Part shown: positions 33,966 to 44,301 of the stretch, in pieces
Numbering within the stretch: the stretch's first letter is position 1
Layout of the letters: the number at the start of each line of letters is the position of its first letter
IMG/VR virus record: IMGVR_UViG_3300027782_000058
Location: 27,080-91,079 of that record
Length of the DNA: 64,000 bases
Source of the DNA: a virus
Reading direction: 5' to 3' (one strand)
Position numbers and translations under genes: made by a program
The notes under the pieces: model-generated
The model's input: only the letters and a program-made list of their open reading frames with translations
The model's database searches: none
Told to the model about the DNA's origin: nothing

Positions 33966-35102
33966 ATGACGAACCTCTGGGTGAACGTCGAAGACCTCGG
34001 CGTCTATGCCACGTCTGACTACGCCTACGACGCTGTCAAGACATCCTCATATATGCTTTGGGCCATGTCTGGGCGCAAGTTCAATGGAACTTCGACTGTA
34101 ACCGAGAGGTATGTCGCCCCCGTCCGTGGCTTTCGAAATGCTTCTGGTCAACGGTTCAGTTATTTTCCAACTCTTGTCAACGGAGAAATTGTCAATCTTC
34201 AGAACACATCTGACACGGACTTTTCTGATGGGTTCTTCTATAACGAAAACTCGACTCGATTTCGAGTGCGCCTTCGTGGGCGCAGGGTCATCAAGATCCA
34301 CACCCTGCGTGACTGGAACGGGACCATCATTCCAGAGACCCAGTACTACCTTGCGGATCACTCGCAGATTCAAGCAGCCCCTAATGCTCAGTGGTCTACC
34401 TCTAACGTCGAAGTGACCTATACCTACGGAACCCCGCCTCCCTTTGCTGGGAAGGCTGCAGCCAAGATGCTTGCTATCGAACTTGTCAAGATGTATGAAG
34501 GCGACGAGTCATGCTCTCTTCCTCAGCGTGTGACTAGCGTTGCTCGTCAGGGCGTGAGTTACACAGTCCTAGACTCGCAAGACTTCATCGCAGACATGAG
34601 AACTGGTGTATACGCCATTGACTTGTTCCTTAAGGCTGCCAACCCAGACAATGCTCGCACACGATCTCGTGTCTTCTCTCCTGACCTGCCTCGTGGTCGT
34701 CGTCAGATCCCACGGGACAAGGTTCTCGCTACGTCTCTCTATGACCTTGCAGTGAAGAAAACTGGTGGGTCCATTGAGATCCCGATGCTAGACATCGATG
34801 CTGACGAGATCTTTGCAAATAATCAATGGACATACTCAGTAGTTGTATCAAACTGGCCGGGTACTATCACTGGGACACTTGCAACTGCGCCAGTTATCGA
34901 CCAAGTTGGAGACACTGTCACGATCTCAGCGGCGTATCTTGAGACCAAAACTATCCTTGTGCTTCGTGACCCCGGAACATATACCCTTTACGCGAGTAGG
35001 CCAAGCCTCGCCAATCCAGCAATTCCCGAGGTTGTCGAGTTGTATTCGGGTAACATTGAGATTCAGTTGGCCGAGCCGGTCGAAGCAATCTACACGCCGT
35101 GA
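33966..35102 (+). CDS. Head-to-tail adaptor
   Basis: LWAMSGRKF...VTYTYGTPPP...CSLPQRVTSVARQGVS. Confidence 0.8.
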   Translation: MTNLWVNVEDLGVYATSDYAYDAVKTSSYMLWAMSGRKFNGTSTVTERYVAPVRGFRNASGQRFSYFPTLVNGEIVNLQNTSDTDFSDGFFYNENSTRFRVRLRGRRVIKIHTLRDWNGTIIPETQYYLADHSQIQAAPNAQWSTSNVEVTYTYGTPPPFAGKAAAKMLAIELVKMYEGDESCSLPQRVTSVARQGVSYTVLDSQDFIADMRTGVYAIDLFLKAANPDNARTRSRVFSPDLPRGRRQIPRDKVLATSLYDLAVKKTGGSIEIPMLDIDADEIFANNQWTYSVVVSNWPGTITGTLATAPVIDQVGDTVTISAAYLETKTILVLRDPGTYTLYASRPSLANPAIPEVVELYSGNIEIQLAEPVEAIYTP

Positions 35103-35107
35103 GGTGA

Positions 35108-35614
35108 ATGATGCCATTAGACAACATTGCTGGTATTGACGAAGACGCTTACCATTTAGCAGATCATCTCCAGAACGTACTGGACAAGGTAGTCCAGACA
35201 TATCAGTCGTATAGCATGCCCATTCCAGATCGTCAGTACTGGACCGTTGGTCAGCCTGTCGTGGACTGCGAGCAGATCGTAGTCACGTTCATGCAGATGT
35301 ACATCGGATCTCCCGGCGATGAGGCAGTCGAGCCTCGTCGATGCTCTGATCCTCGAAGCGCCACGATCAACATCTTGGTGTCTCGATGTATCCCCGTAGT
35401 TGGGCCGGGTGGCCGAGCACCATCTGCGGAGCGTATTCAAAATGGCTCTCTTATGGCTGCGTATGACGCATGGATCCTATTAGAGAGTGTTCGACTTCTC
35501 GACACATGGGATCAGACCTCGTACGGACTCGGTGTAATTGCAACCGTAGAGACTCCACCCGCTGAGGGTGGCTTCCAGTCCGTAATGCTCACAATGACAT
35601 CGGCGGTGCCGTAA
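35108..35614 (+). CDS. Probable tail terminator/completion protein
   Basis: Synteny; DCEQIVV...SRC...EGG. Confidence 0.55.
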   Translation: MMPLDNIAGIDEDAYHLADHLQNVLDKVVQTYQSYSMPIPDRQYWTVGQPVVDCEQIVVTFMQMYIGSPGDEAVEPRRCSDPRSATINILVSRCIPVVGPGGRAPSAERIQNGSLMAAYDAWILLESVRLLDTWDQTSYGLGVIATVETPPAEGGFQSVMLTMTSAVP

Positions 35615-35994
35615 TGGCTAATGTAACGTTCTATCCTTCTATGGACTATATGCTGACCAATCCAAATGGAGATGTTGGTAAGTACCTATCTAGTAGAGGA
35701 AAACTTGTCACTGCGCTGGCCAAACGTCAAGTAGGAGTTCGGACTGGAGCACTTAGGGCTTCTATCCATATGAGGCATCTTCGAGACAGCCGTGGTCAAT
35801 ACCTATGGATTGGGTCAGAACTGAATTACGCCCTGCTCCATCATGAGGGTAGTAGGCCCCACATGATCACTCCTAATAGGGCAAAGATGCTGAAGTTCCA
35901 GTCCAGAGGCAGGACTGTATTTGCTCATGTCGTCATGCACCCCGGAACCAAGGCTAACAAGTACTTGAGCGACAACCTTAAGTACGTCTTCTAA
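35614..35994 (+). CDS. HK97 gp10-like neck protein
   Basis: VRTGALRASI...YALLHHEGSRPH...HPGTKAN. Confidence 0.75.
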   Translation: MANVTFYPSMDYMLTNPNGDVGKYLSSRGKLVTALAKRQVGVRTGALRASIHMRHLRDSRGQYLWIGSELNYALLHHEGSRPHMITPNRAKMLKFQSRGRTVFAHVVMHPGTKANKYLSDNLKYVF

Positions 35995-36060
35995 GACTAC
36001 AAATTGATACACTAACTCAGTACCGACGTACCTACACCTACATCACAGACTGGATAAAGA

Positions 36061-36405
36061 ATGACTAGATTCAAGGACTTTGGCGCAGGAGATGTTGACA
36101 AGACTCCTCTTTCTTTCAAGTTGTACGAAGAAGAGTTTCACTGCCGTCCCGCTATTCAGGGTTCGGCTCTACTCAAGATGGTCTCAGATTCGGAGTCTGA
36201 TGATGGCGCTACGGTAGCCAACATCATCACTACCTTCTTCTCCAAGACCCTTCAGCCAGAAAGTTACGAGCGCTTTGAGGTTCTTCTTGAAGATCCTGAC
36301 AGAATCGTCACAGTCGAGACTCTTGGTGAAATCACGGCTTGGCTGGTGGAGGCGTACACGGACCGCCCTACTCAGGAGCCCGCGCCCTCCTCGAATGGGC
36401 AATAG
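36061..36405 (+). CDS. Tail assembly chaperone (short form)
   Basis: Position upstream of the tape measure; ends WLVEAYTDRPT. Confidence 0.8.
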   Translation: MTRFKDFGAGDVDKTPLSFKLYEEEFHCRPAIQGSALLKMVSDSESDDGATVANIITTFFSKTLQPESYERFEVLLEDPDRIVTVETLGEITAWLVEAYTDRPTQEPAPSSNGQ

Positions 36406-36827
36406 ACATCTGGCCCTACATCAACGGTAGGGCACTGATGCACGGGCTCCAACTCAGCGGTATGGAGTGCTCAGACATGCTTGATGTACTTCATTATATG
36501 TTTGAGGAAGATCTACAAGCAGAGTCTTCTGAGCATGCCGAGGCGAAGAGTCAACTCAGAACTACTTTGTACGATACTATGTATGATAGAAGATACAAGT
36601 ATGCGCTACAATAGAATGGAAGCAGTACTGGATCGTTTGACTTCGATACAGATGATGGGTTCGTCAACAATTCAGAATCTGGAGTAATACCGTTTGATCC
36701 CACAAAACACTTAGAAGCGACAGCCAAGCCGGAAACGACAAAACCGAAGCGTTACGTCCCGCCAACAGACTTCAACTCGGACATGACGCTTCCATTCGGC
36801 AAAATCCTAGATTCTCCTATGAACTAG
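36366..36827 (+). CDS. Tail assembly chaperone extension (-1 frame), interrupted by an in-frame TAG at 36612-36614
   Basis: -1 frame is open from CGCCCTAC; a single amber codon, then 70 more open codons ending YVPPTDFNSDMTLPFGKILDSPMN. Confidence 0.6.
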
Positions 36828-36867
36828 AATAATAGGCTGGAGGTTAATAGGCTGGAGGTGGTGGCGC

Positions 36868-39800
36868 GTGGCTGTAGTTGGCGAAGCACATATTATCGTT
36901 CGCGCCATTACTACGGGTGTCAAAAGAGACATCGAGAAGGCATTCGACGGAGCAGACCAAGCAGGCGGTAGAGCCGGTCAGCGAGCCGGTAAGTCCTTTA
37001 GCAATGGCTTCAACCGTGGTAGCGGTAGGAATAATACATTTAAGAAGTTTGAAAAAGAGGCAATGGATGCCAGTAAGGCATTCTCTAGCCTAGCCACTGC
37101 TGGCATGGCTGTAGGCCCCCTGATCGCTGGGGCTGCTTCTGCAATTGCTGCTGCAGGCGCTGGTCTTGCAGCACTAGCGGCACAGGCTGCCACTGCTGGT
37201 CCGGCCTTGCTGGCTCTAGGTAACATTTTTGGAGCGTTGATTCAAGGTGCTGGTGTTCTCAAGTTAGCCTTTGCTGGTGTTGGTGCTGCTTTATCTGCAG
37301 GACTTAATGATGGAGGAAGTAAAAAAGCAAAGACAGCAGTAGACAACACTAAACGAATCTCAGATGCGCGCAAAAGACTGGCTCAGACCATTGAACAAGC
37401 CGCTGAAACTGAAGAGCGTTCTCAACAGACCGTGGCTCGCTCTTGGCGTAACTACCAAGATGCTGTCGTCAGTACCCAGAAGGCTATTGAGAACCTCCAG
37501 AAAGTACAAAAGCAAGCGGCTGAAGATACACAGCAACTTGGATTCGACGCTGAGGATGCTGCTCTAGCCGAGCAACGAGCCGCGCAGGACTTGGAAGATG
37601 CCCGGACACAGTTGGCTGCAGTCCAAAGCCTTCCCCCAGACAGCAAGGCTCGTCAAGAAGCAGAGTTGGCGTACAAGGAAGCCGATCTCAATTACCGACG
37701 TGCCATTGACCGCAACCAAGACCTGAAGCAGTCGCAGGACGAGGCCAACAAGGCTGGCTCAGCAGGTGCTGAGGACATTGCAAACGCTGCAGAAGAAGTC
37801 CAGAGCGCCAAGCGTGACGAAGCAGATGCATACAACGAGTTTCAGCAGTCAATTATCGATGCAGAACGCGCCCGCCGTGACTCAGCACGAGCGATTGTTG
37901 ATGCAGAAGAAGCCCTAGCCGAGGCCATGAAGAAGACTGGAGATGCCGCAGATGCGGCTTCTGGAGGTCTTAGTGCCTTTGAGAAGGCTATGGCAAAGTT
38001 GTCTCCCGAGGCCAGACACTTTGTCAATTACTTAATAGGTATCCAAGGAGAACTAAAAAAACTTAAGGCTGCTGCTGGAAGAAAACTTTTTCCTAGCCTT
38101 GAAACTGCTATTGGTAATCTAGTTAAAAATCTATTCCCAGATCTTGAAGACATGCTTGAAGCCACTGGTGGCGTCCTTGGAGATGTTGCTGTTCAACTAT
38201 CTGGCACGATCACCGAAGCACGCAATATGAACAACCTCAAGGCAATCTGGTCTTCTAATGACAAACTCATTGGAAATATGGGAACTACGGTAGGCAACCT
38301 TTACTCGATCATGCTTGAGTTGTCCCGAGCAGCAATTCCTCTGGCTGAAGACTTCGGAGCATGGATTGCTACGATGACCGGCGGTTGGAAAGCCACTCTT
38401 CGAACTGAAAAAGGCCATAAAAAACTCAATGACATAATGAAGGAGGCAGGAAGAGTTGCCAGACAACTTGGACGAATTTTTGGAAACTTATTTCGAGCAT
38501 TCAAAGATATCGCTGTTGCTGCTTCTGGACCGGGGAGCGGTGGCGAACTTCTACTTAATACACTAGAGACAGCAACAAAAAAGTTTGAGAACTTCGTCAA
38601 AAAAGTTTCTGGAGATGGGTCTCTACAGCAGTTCTTCTTGGATGCTGCTAATAACCTAATCCCGATGGGGCAGGCTGTTACGACAATAGCCGAAGGCTTC
38701 TTGAAGTTGGGAAACAACAAGGGAGTTGGTACCTTCTTCTCTACGATTTCCAAAAGTGGTGGCGCTATTGATCAAGTATTCGCAGCGCTAGAAAAAATGT
38801 CTGGTGGAGATCTAGGTGCAAAGATTGGCGAACTTGTAAATAAGATTGCAACTATTCTTAGTTACTTTGTGGACTCCAAGTCAATTGAAATGTTCTTTGG
38901 AGTCCTAAATAAGGCAGCAGATATTCTGCTAGTTGTATTTGGTAACAGCATTGTTCAGAAGATCATTATCTGGGGTGGCGCAGTTCATGGTGTAGTTCTT
39001 GCACTTCTTCTTCTGTGGAAGATCGGCAAGAAAGTCTTCATGACAATGGTTGGCGGGCCTCTCAGAGTTCTCAGTGCTGTTAAGAAACTAGGTAGTGGAT
39101 TCGGTCTCCTAAATAAAGAATCAAAGAGCCTACGCAAAGAACTTGAGCACCAGCGCAAGGTAGAAGAAGCCAAGGCTAAGGGCCTAGGGCATCTCGATAG
39201 AGAGACCAAAAAGACATCTAGGTCATTCCACGGACTAGACAGAGCATCAACTGCTGCTAGAGGTGGGATCGGTAAAGCCAAGGCTAAGGTCGATTCTCTC
39301 AATAGATCAATGCATAAGAGTAACGGTGCCGCCGGAAAGATGGGCAAGTCACTTAAGGGAATCGGTAAGGGTCTTGCTATCGGTGGTGGTCTAATCGGAA
39401 TGCTAGTTGGTGGTCTGCTGATGATGGGCGCAGATCAGATCAAGGAACTTGGAAACAAGGTAACAGAGTTCGTCAACAAACTTCCGGGTCTAATTACTGA
39501 ACTCGGTAAGCAACTCCCCGGTGTAATTGAAAAAATTGCTGCTGCCTTTCCCGTTGTCATTCAGTCTTTGATTGACGCACTGCCTAGCGTACTAAATGCA
39601 ATTGTTGCAGCCATTCCAGTAGTGATCGACGCCATTGGGACTATGCTCCCCAAGGTTCTTGACTTTGTTGCGACCATGCTTCCAAAGGTAATCACTGGAC
39701 TTCTATCTGCGCTACCTAAGGTAATCTCGACTCTTGTAGCGCTAGTCCCTAAGATCATTGACGCAGTAGTCAAGTTAGTTCCTGCTTTGATCGGCGCGCT

Positions 39801-41445
39801 GGTTGCTGCGCTACCAGCAGTCATTACCGCACTGGCTGAGGCGATTCCGAAGATCGTTACTTCTCTCGCTGAGGCGATTCCGAAGATCATCACTGCACTA
39901 GCCGAGGCGATTCCTCAGGTGATCGTGGCATTGGCTGCAGCCATCCCACAGATCATCGTTGCGCTACTCACCGCGATTCCTCAGGTGATTGTGGCACTTC
40001 TCAAGGCGATTCCGCAGATCATCATCGCTCTGCTCAAGGCCATCCCGAAGATCATTGTGGCGCTAGTCAAGGCAGTACCTCAAATCATCATGGCGCTAGT
40101 TAAGGCAGTACCTCAGATCATTGAAGCGCTAGTTAAGGCAGTACCTGAGATCATCACGGCTCTCACTGAGGCAGTCCCCGAAATCATCAAGGCATTTGCA
40201 GAAGCAGGGCCAGAAATTGCTGCGGGATTTGCTGAAGCGTTTACGGGAATCTTTACTGGTGGTCTTCCCTCTATCGACTTCAGCGGAATCTGGGAAGGAT
40301 TCAAGACCGGCCTCACTGATACATGGAATAGTATCATTGGCTTCTTCACCACGACAATTCCAAACTTTCTTTCTAAGATTCCTGAAATGCTTGCCAAGAT
40401 TGGAAAGAAGGCTTGGGAGTTTTTGATCATTGGCTTGAAGTTCTACTGGAAGGTTGTCACTACCTTCTACGGAACGATCTGGAACTTCATTAAAGCGATC
40501 CCCGGTAAACTCGTAGAGTTGGGTTCCAAGGCTTGGGAGTTCCTGATTAACGGGCTCAAATGGTACTGGAACTTGGTAACGACGTTCTACGGAACGATCT
40601 GGAACTTCATCAAAGCAATCCCCGGAAAGTTAGTTGAACTCGGGTCCAAGGCTTGGGAGTTCATACTTACTGGAATTAAATGGTATTGGAATGCCGTCAC
40701 TAACTTTTACTCCACTATCTGGAACTTCATCAAAGCAATCCCCGGAAAGTTTGCCACTCTCGCTGAAGCCGTCTGGACGTGGCTCAAGGATAAGTTAGTC
40801 ACCGCTTGGAGTACAGTCACCGGATTCTTCACGAATACTCTCATCCCAGCAATCACTGGGCTCCCCGCAAAAATTGCAAGTGCTGCATCTGGAATCTGGA
40901 ATGGACTAACTAGCACTCTTAGTAGCGTCTGGACTACGATCAGCGGAAAGTTCACTGACATTGTCAATGGAGTTCTTGGTCTACCAGCGAGGATTGCTAC
41001 TGCTGCTGTTGGGATGTGGAATGGATTCACAACCGCATTCAAAGAATCAATCAATGGAATTATTAGATTCTGGAATAATCTAAATTTCACTTTCCCATCT
41101 TTTGATGGTGACTGGAATGGACCGCTTCCGGGTGGAGACTTCAAAGTTGGTGGATGGGTTCTGAATACGCCAGATTTGCCCACCTTCCTAGCCAAGGGTG
41201 GAGTAGTAAGTCCAAGCAGCGGAGGTACGTTGGCCTTGCTGGCTGAGGCTGGAAAGCGAGAGCGCGTCGAGCCTCTAGACCCAGACGGCCTCTCAAAGCG
41301 AGACAAGGCAATGATTAATATGCTGTCTGGTGGGGGCGGTGGTATGACCATCAACGTCTACCCGTCAGCCGGTATGGATGAGCGTGAGTTGGCTGCTCAG
41401 GTATCACGACAGATTAGACTTCAGATGCGGAAGGGCGCTGCATAA
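36868..41445 (+). CDS. Tape measure protein
   Basis: 1525 aa; MAVVGEAHIIV start; coiled coil; 11-aa AIPxII repeats; 40-aa Trp-rich repeats; LAKGG...AEAG...E end. Confidence 0.92.
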   Translation: MAVVGEAHIIVRAITTGVKRDIEKAFDGADQAGGRAGQRAGKSFSNGFNRGSGRNNTFKKFEKEAMDASKAFSSLATAGMAVGPLIAGAASAIAAAGAGLAALAAQAATAGPALLALGNIFGALIQGAGVLKLAFAGVGAALSAGLNDGGSKKAKTAVDNTKRISDARKRLAQTIEQAAETEERSQQTVARSWRNYQDAVVSTQKAIENLQKVQKQAAEDTQQLGFDAEDAALAEQRAAQDLEDARTQLAAVQSLPPDSKARQEAELAYKEADLNYRRAIDRNQDLKQSQDEANKAGSAGAEDIANAAEEVQSAKRDEADAYNEFQQSIIDAERARRDSARAIVDAEEALAEAMKKTGDAADAASGGLSAFEKAMAKLSPEARHFVNYLIGIQGELKKLKAAAGRKLFPSLETAIGNLVKNLFPDLEDMLEATGGVLGDVAVQLSGTITEARNMNNLKAIWSSNDKLIGNMGTTVGNLYSIMLELSRAAIPLAEDFGAWIATMTGGWKATLRTEKGHKKLNDIMKEAGRVARQLGRIFGNLFRAFKDIAVAASGPGSGGELLLNTLETATKKFENFVKKVSGDGSLQQFFLDAANNLIPMGQAVTTIAEGFLKLGNNKGVGTFFSTISKSGGAIDQVFAALEKMSGGDLGAKIGELVNKIATILSYFVDSKSIEMFFGVLNKAADILLVVFGNSIVQKIIIWGGAVHGVVLALLLLWKIGKKVFMTMVGGPLRVLSAVKKLGSGFGLLNKESKSLRKELEHQRKVEEAKAKGLGHLDRETKKTSRSFHGLDRASTAARGGIGKAKAKVDSLNRSMHKSNGAAGKMGKSLKGIGKGLAIGGGLIGMLVGGLLMMGADQIKELGNKVTEFVNKLPGLITELGKQLPGVIEKIAAAFPVVIQSLIDALPSVLNAIVAAIPVVIDAIGTMLPKVLDFVATMLPKVITGLLSALPKVISTLVALVPKIIDAVVKLVPALIGALVAALPAVITALAEAIPKIVTSLAEAIPKIITALAEAIPQVIVALAAAIPQIIVALLTAIPQVIVALLKAIPQIIIALLKAIPKIIVALVKAVPQIIMALVKAVPQIIEALVKAVPEIITALTEAVPEIIKAFAEAGPEIAAGFAEAFTGIFTGGLPSIDFSGIWEGFKTGLTDTWNSIIGFFTTTIPNFLSKIPEMLAKIGKKAWEFLIIGLKFYWKVVTTFYGTIWNFIKAIPGKLVELGSKAWEFLINGLKWYWNLVTTFYGTIWNFIKAIPGKLVELGSKAWEFILTGIKWYWNAVTNFYSTIWNFIKAIPGKFATLAEAVWTWLKDKLVTAWSTVTGFFTNTLIPAITGLPAKIASAASGIWNGLTSTLSSVWTTISGKFTDIVNGVLGLPARIATAAVGMWNGFTTAFKESINGIIRFWNNLNFTFPSFDGDWNGPLPGGDFKVGGWVLNTPDLPTFLAKGGVVSPSSGGTLALLAEAGKRERVEPLDPDGLSKRDKAMINMLSGGGGGMTINVYPSAGMDERELAAQVSRQIRLQMRKGAA

Positions 41446-44261
41446 TGACGACCGAAAACATCACTGCCTCATATCAGGCAAGCGAGAACTTCAACGTCCG
41501 CAAGGGTCTGACTCCGATGCCGGAGCCAACCATCACGGGCATGAAGTTGCTCGGCGATGTGATCGTTGACGGTGCCACTCATGTGATCAATCAGGTTGTC
41601 GTCTCCGGAACTACCGTCACAGCCACCACCAGCGATGCTCATGGCTTCCTGCCCGGACGCACGGTCCTCGTCTCCCATCTCGATGGGAACACTGCCATCG
41701 CCAATGGAACGTGGACGATCACGTCAGTCACCAGCACTACCTTCACCTTCACTGTCACCAGTACTTCGGCCAATGGAACGTACCCCGGTCTCTCAGGCGC
41801 TGCTCGTACCCGTCTAGTCCTCAATACCATCGACAGCAGCGGAAACGTCTGGGTAGCAACTGACATTGAAGGCTGGTGGACCGGGGCTGACTCGGACTTT
41901 CCTCAAGTAGATAAAGCATTCGGTGACGGCTCTTATGACGCCAGTGGTCGTAGGCTTGCCCGACAGTTGGCTCTGTCTGGGTCAATCCTTACCAAGGATC
42001 CCTCCTACGTTCCAGCAGCCCGAGAGCGTCTAGTTGAGGCCGTCGATCTTGTCTACAAGGGTGCATGGCTGAAAGCAGTAGAGCGTCAGGCCGGAACTGC
42101 GACAGTCGCAGTGAGCAACGTTGCCCTTACTGATGGACTAGCAACGATCACTACTTCCGCTGCTCATGGGTACTCAGTAGGTGAAACCGTTGAGATCTCC
42201 AACGTCACCTTCTCCGCCACTACCTCCGGTAGTACTCCAGCCGGAACCTCAATGGTGCTCACGAGCGCTGCTGGAATCCTCGTCGGATGCGGCATCAGTG
42301 GAACGAGCATTCCTACAGGAACCACTGTCACCGCAATCAGTAGCAACACTTTGACTTTGTCAGCAGCCACTACCGCTACCATTGCAACTTCTACCTCGGT
42401 GACAATCTTGCTTCCTCACTTCGCAGGTACCTCTGTTGTCACGTCAGTGCCAGACTCAACATCCTTCACTTGCTACATCTCAAAGAACAACTACTCATCG
42501 AAGGCAGTCACTGGGACAGTCCGTCTGGGAGACATCGTTAAGGCAGCGTTCGTCCGACTTAGCGGACAGCCAGACATTGCCAACGTGAATGCTCGCGGTC
42601 GGCTCGACTTCAACATAGGACTCTCTGCTGCTGACCCGGTCAAGTACCAGTGGTCTGACAGGTTTGATGGAAAGGAACAGGCTAAGTTCCCGTCCGTTGG
42701 AGCGTCTGCGACCAAGACTTTGGTTAACACAGGCAACTTGAACGTTGGCATGGAACTCGTAGTTACTGGTCCGACTGTCGGCACTCTCTCGATTGCGAAC
42801 AGTCAGACCGGAGAGACCCTCAACATCATCGAGCCCCTGAATGGGTCATCTACATATACCGTAATTAGAAAAAGTTTGACTGGGAGTCTTGCTACGCTCA
42901 CTACGGATGTGCCGAATGACATTGTTGTCGGCCAGCAGATCTTCGTCTACGGTGTCGATTCAGACTTCAATGGTTCTACTATTTCGACCACTGCAACGGG
43001 GACTAGCGCAACCAACACTGTCACGCTGGCAAGCGCCACTGGGGTAGCCGTAGGGTACGGGATTCGCGGCACAAACATTCCTACTGGAACCATCATCACG
43101 GCGCTTGTCCTGAACGTTGCCACACTGTCTGCCAACCTTACTGGGGCACTGTCGGCTACCGCAGTAACTATTGACATTCCAGTGACGGTTGTCTACAAGC
43201 CAGCGTCTAATCAGATCAGTTACACAAAGTCTCTGGCAAAGACCGCGACAGTGAGTTCATACGCTCTCAGTGCCGCCGACCCTCCAGTGGCTACCATCAC
43301 TACATCGGCTGCTCACGGATTCTTGGCCACGGAAGTCGTGACAGTACGAAACGTCGATGGGTCAGTCAACATTGACTCCGTAGAAATTGCCATACCCACA
43401 TCTACCACGTTCACATACCCCACGACTCGCACTAAATTAGTAAAAAGGGTCGAGTTTAAGAGAGTCGGTTCTCGCTGCACGATTTACACAACAGAGCCTC
43501 ATGGGTACAGAGTAGGCGATTCGTTCGCAATCACTGGGTGCGGACGACCTTTTGATGCTGCCTCTGAGACAGTAGTGGCAGTAAACAATGCCACTAATTC
43601 GATCTCTTATGACGTAACCTCAAGACTCATCACAGTCACAGCAATGACAGTCAAAAAACTCAGCAATACTCAGGCTCTTGTTACAGTCACAGCAGCAGGT
43701 CACTCATTTAACACAAGTGACATCGTCATTCTTGCAGCAAAAACTGCTGCTAGAGCAGCACCCTATTTACAAGGCTTACATACTATTATAAAAACTGGAC
43801 CAAACAACTTTACATATATAAAAACTACTACTACTGGAACAAGCCCCAAGTATCAGACATGGTTTGGTGTGAACATGTCCACTACTCCCCAGACTGTTCC
43901 CTCTTTGACTGCAGCCAGTGCCAATCTTGCTGACATTGCAAAAAACTTAACTACACGAGGCACTGTCACCAACACCAACGCCATCACCACCACGGCCAAG
44001 GGTGGTAACGCAACGATCTCCTCGATCAGTGAGCAGGATGCTTCGGGATCTATCGTGTCTATTCCAGACGTGCTGTCTATCGACACTTTCCAGCGATCCG
44101 CATCAATCAATTCAGGCACCAATGGTCGATCCAAGATCGAGGCAATTACAGACTGGGTGACACTTGCTCCCGGCCCGAACTCGCTCACAATCATTGATGA
44201 TGGAAACTCGTCTTCAACTGCTGTCGTCCAGATCAAGTACCGATCTGGCTGGCTGTCCTAG
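41445..44261 (+). CDS. Distal tail (Dit-like) protein with inserted repeats
   Basis: IEGWW...ADPVKY...NTGN...LAPGPNSL...YRSGW core after the tape measure. Confidence 0.75.
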   Translation: MTTENITASYQASENFNVRKGLTPMPEPTITGMKLLGDVIVDGATHVINQVVVSGTTVTATTSDAHGFLPGRTVLVSHLDGNTAIANGTWTITSVTSTTFTFTVTSTSANGTYPGLSGAARTRLVLNTIDSSGNVWVATDIEGWWTGADSDFPQVDKAFGDGSYDASGRRLARQLALSGSILTKDPSYVPAARERLVEAVDLVYKGAWLKAVERQAGTATVAVSNVALTDGLATITTSAAHGYSVGETVEISNVTFSATTSGSTPAGTSMVLTSAAGILVGCGISGTSIPTGTTVTAISSNTLTLSAATTATIATSTSVTILLPHFAGTSVVTSVPDSTSFTCYISKNNYSSKAVTGTVRLGDIVKAAFVRLSGQPDIANVNARGRLDFNIGLSAADPVKYQWSDRFDGKEQAKFPSVGASATKTLVNTGNLNVGMELVVTGPTVGTLSIANSQTGETLNIIEPLNGSSTYTVIRKSLTGSLATLTTDVPNDIVVGQQIFVYGVDSDFNGSTISTTATGTSATNTVTLASATGVAVGYGIRGTNIPTGTIITALVLNVATLSANLTGALSATAVTIDIPVTVVYKPASNQISYTKSLAKTATVSSYALSAADPPVATITTSAAHGFLATEVVTVRNVDGSVNIDSVEIAIPTSTTFTYPTTRTKLVKRVEFKRVGSRCTIYTTEPHGYRVGDSFAITGCGRPFDAASETVVAVNNATNSISYDVTSRLITVTAMTVKKLSNTQALVTVTAAGHSFNTSDIVILAAKTAARAAPYLQGLHTIIKTGPNNFTYIKTTTTGTSPKYQTWFGVNMSTTPQTVPSLTAASANLADIAKNLTTRGTVTNTNAITTTAKGGNATISSISEQDASGSIVSIPDVLSIDTFQRSASINSGTNGRSKIEAITDWVTLAPGPNSLTIIDDGNSSSTAVVQIKYRSGWLS

Positions 44262-44301
44262 GCTAGACTCGACACACGAGACATGACGAGGATGAATTGA
44301 C

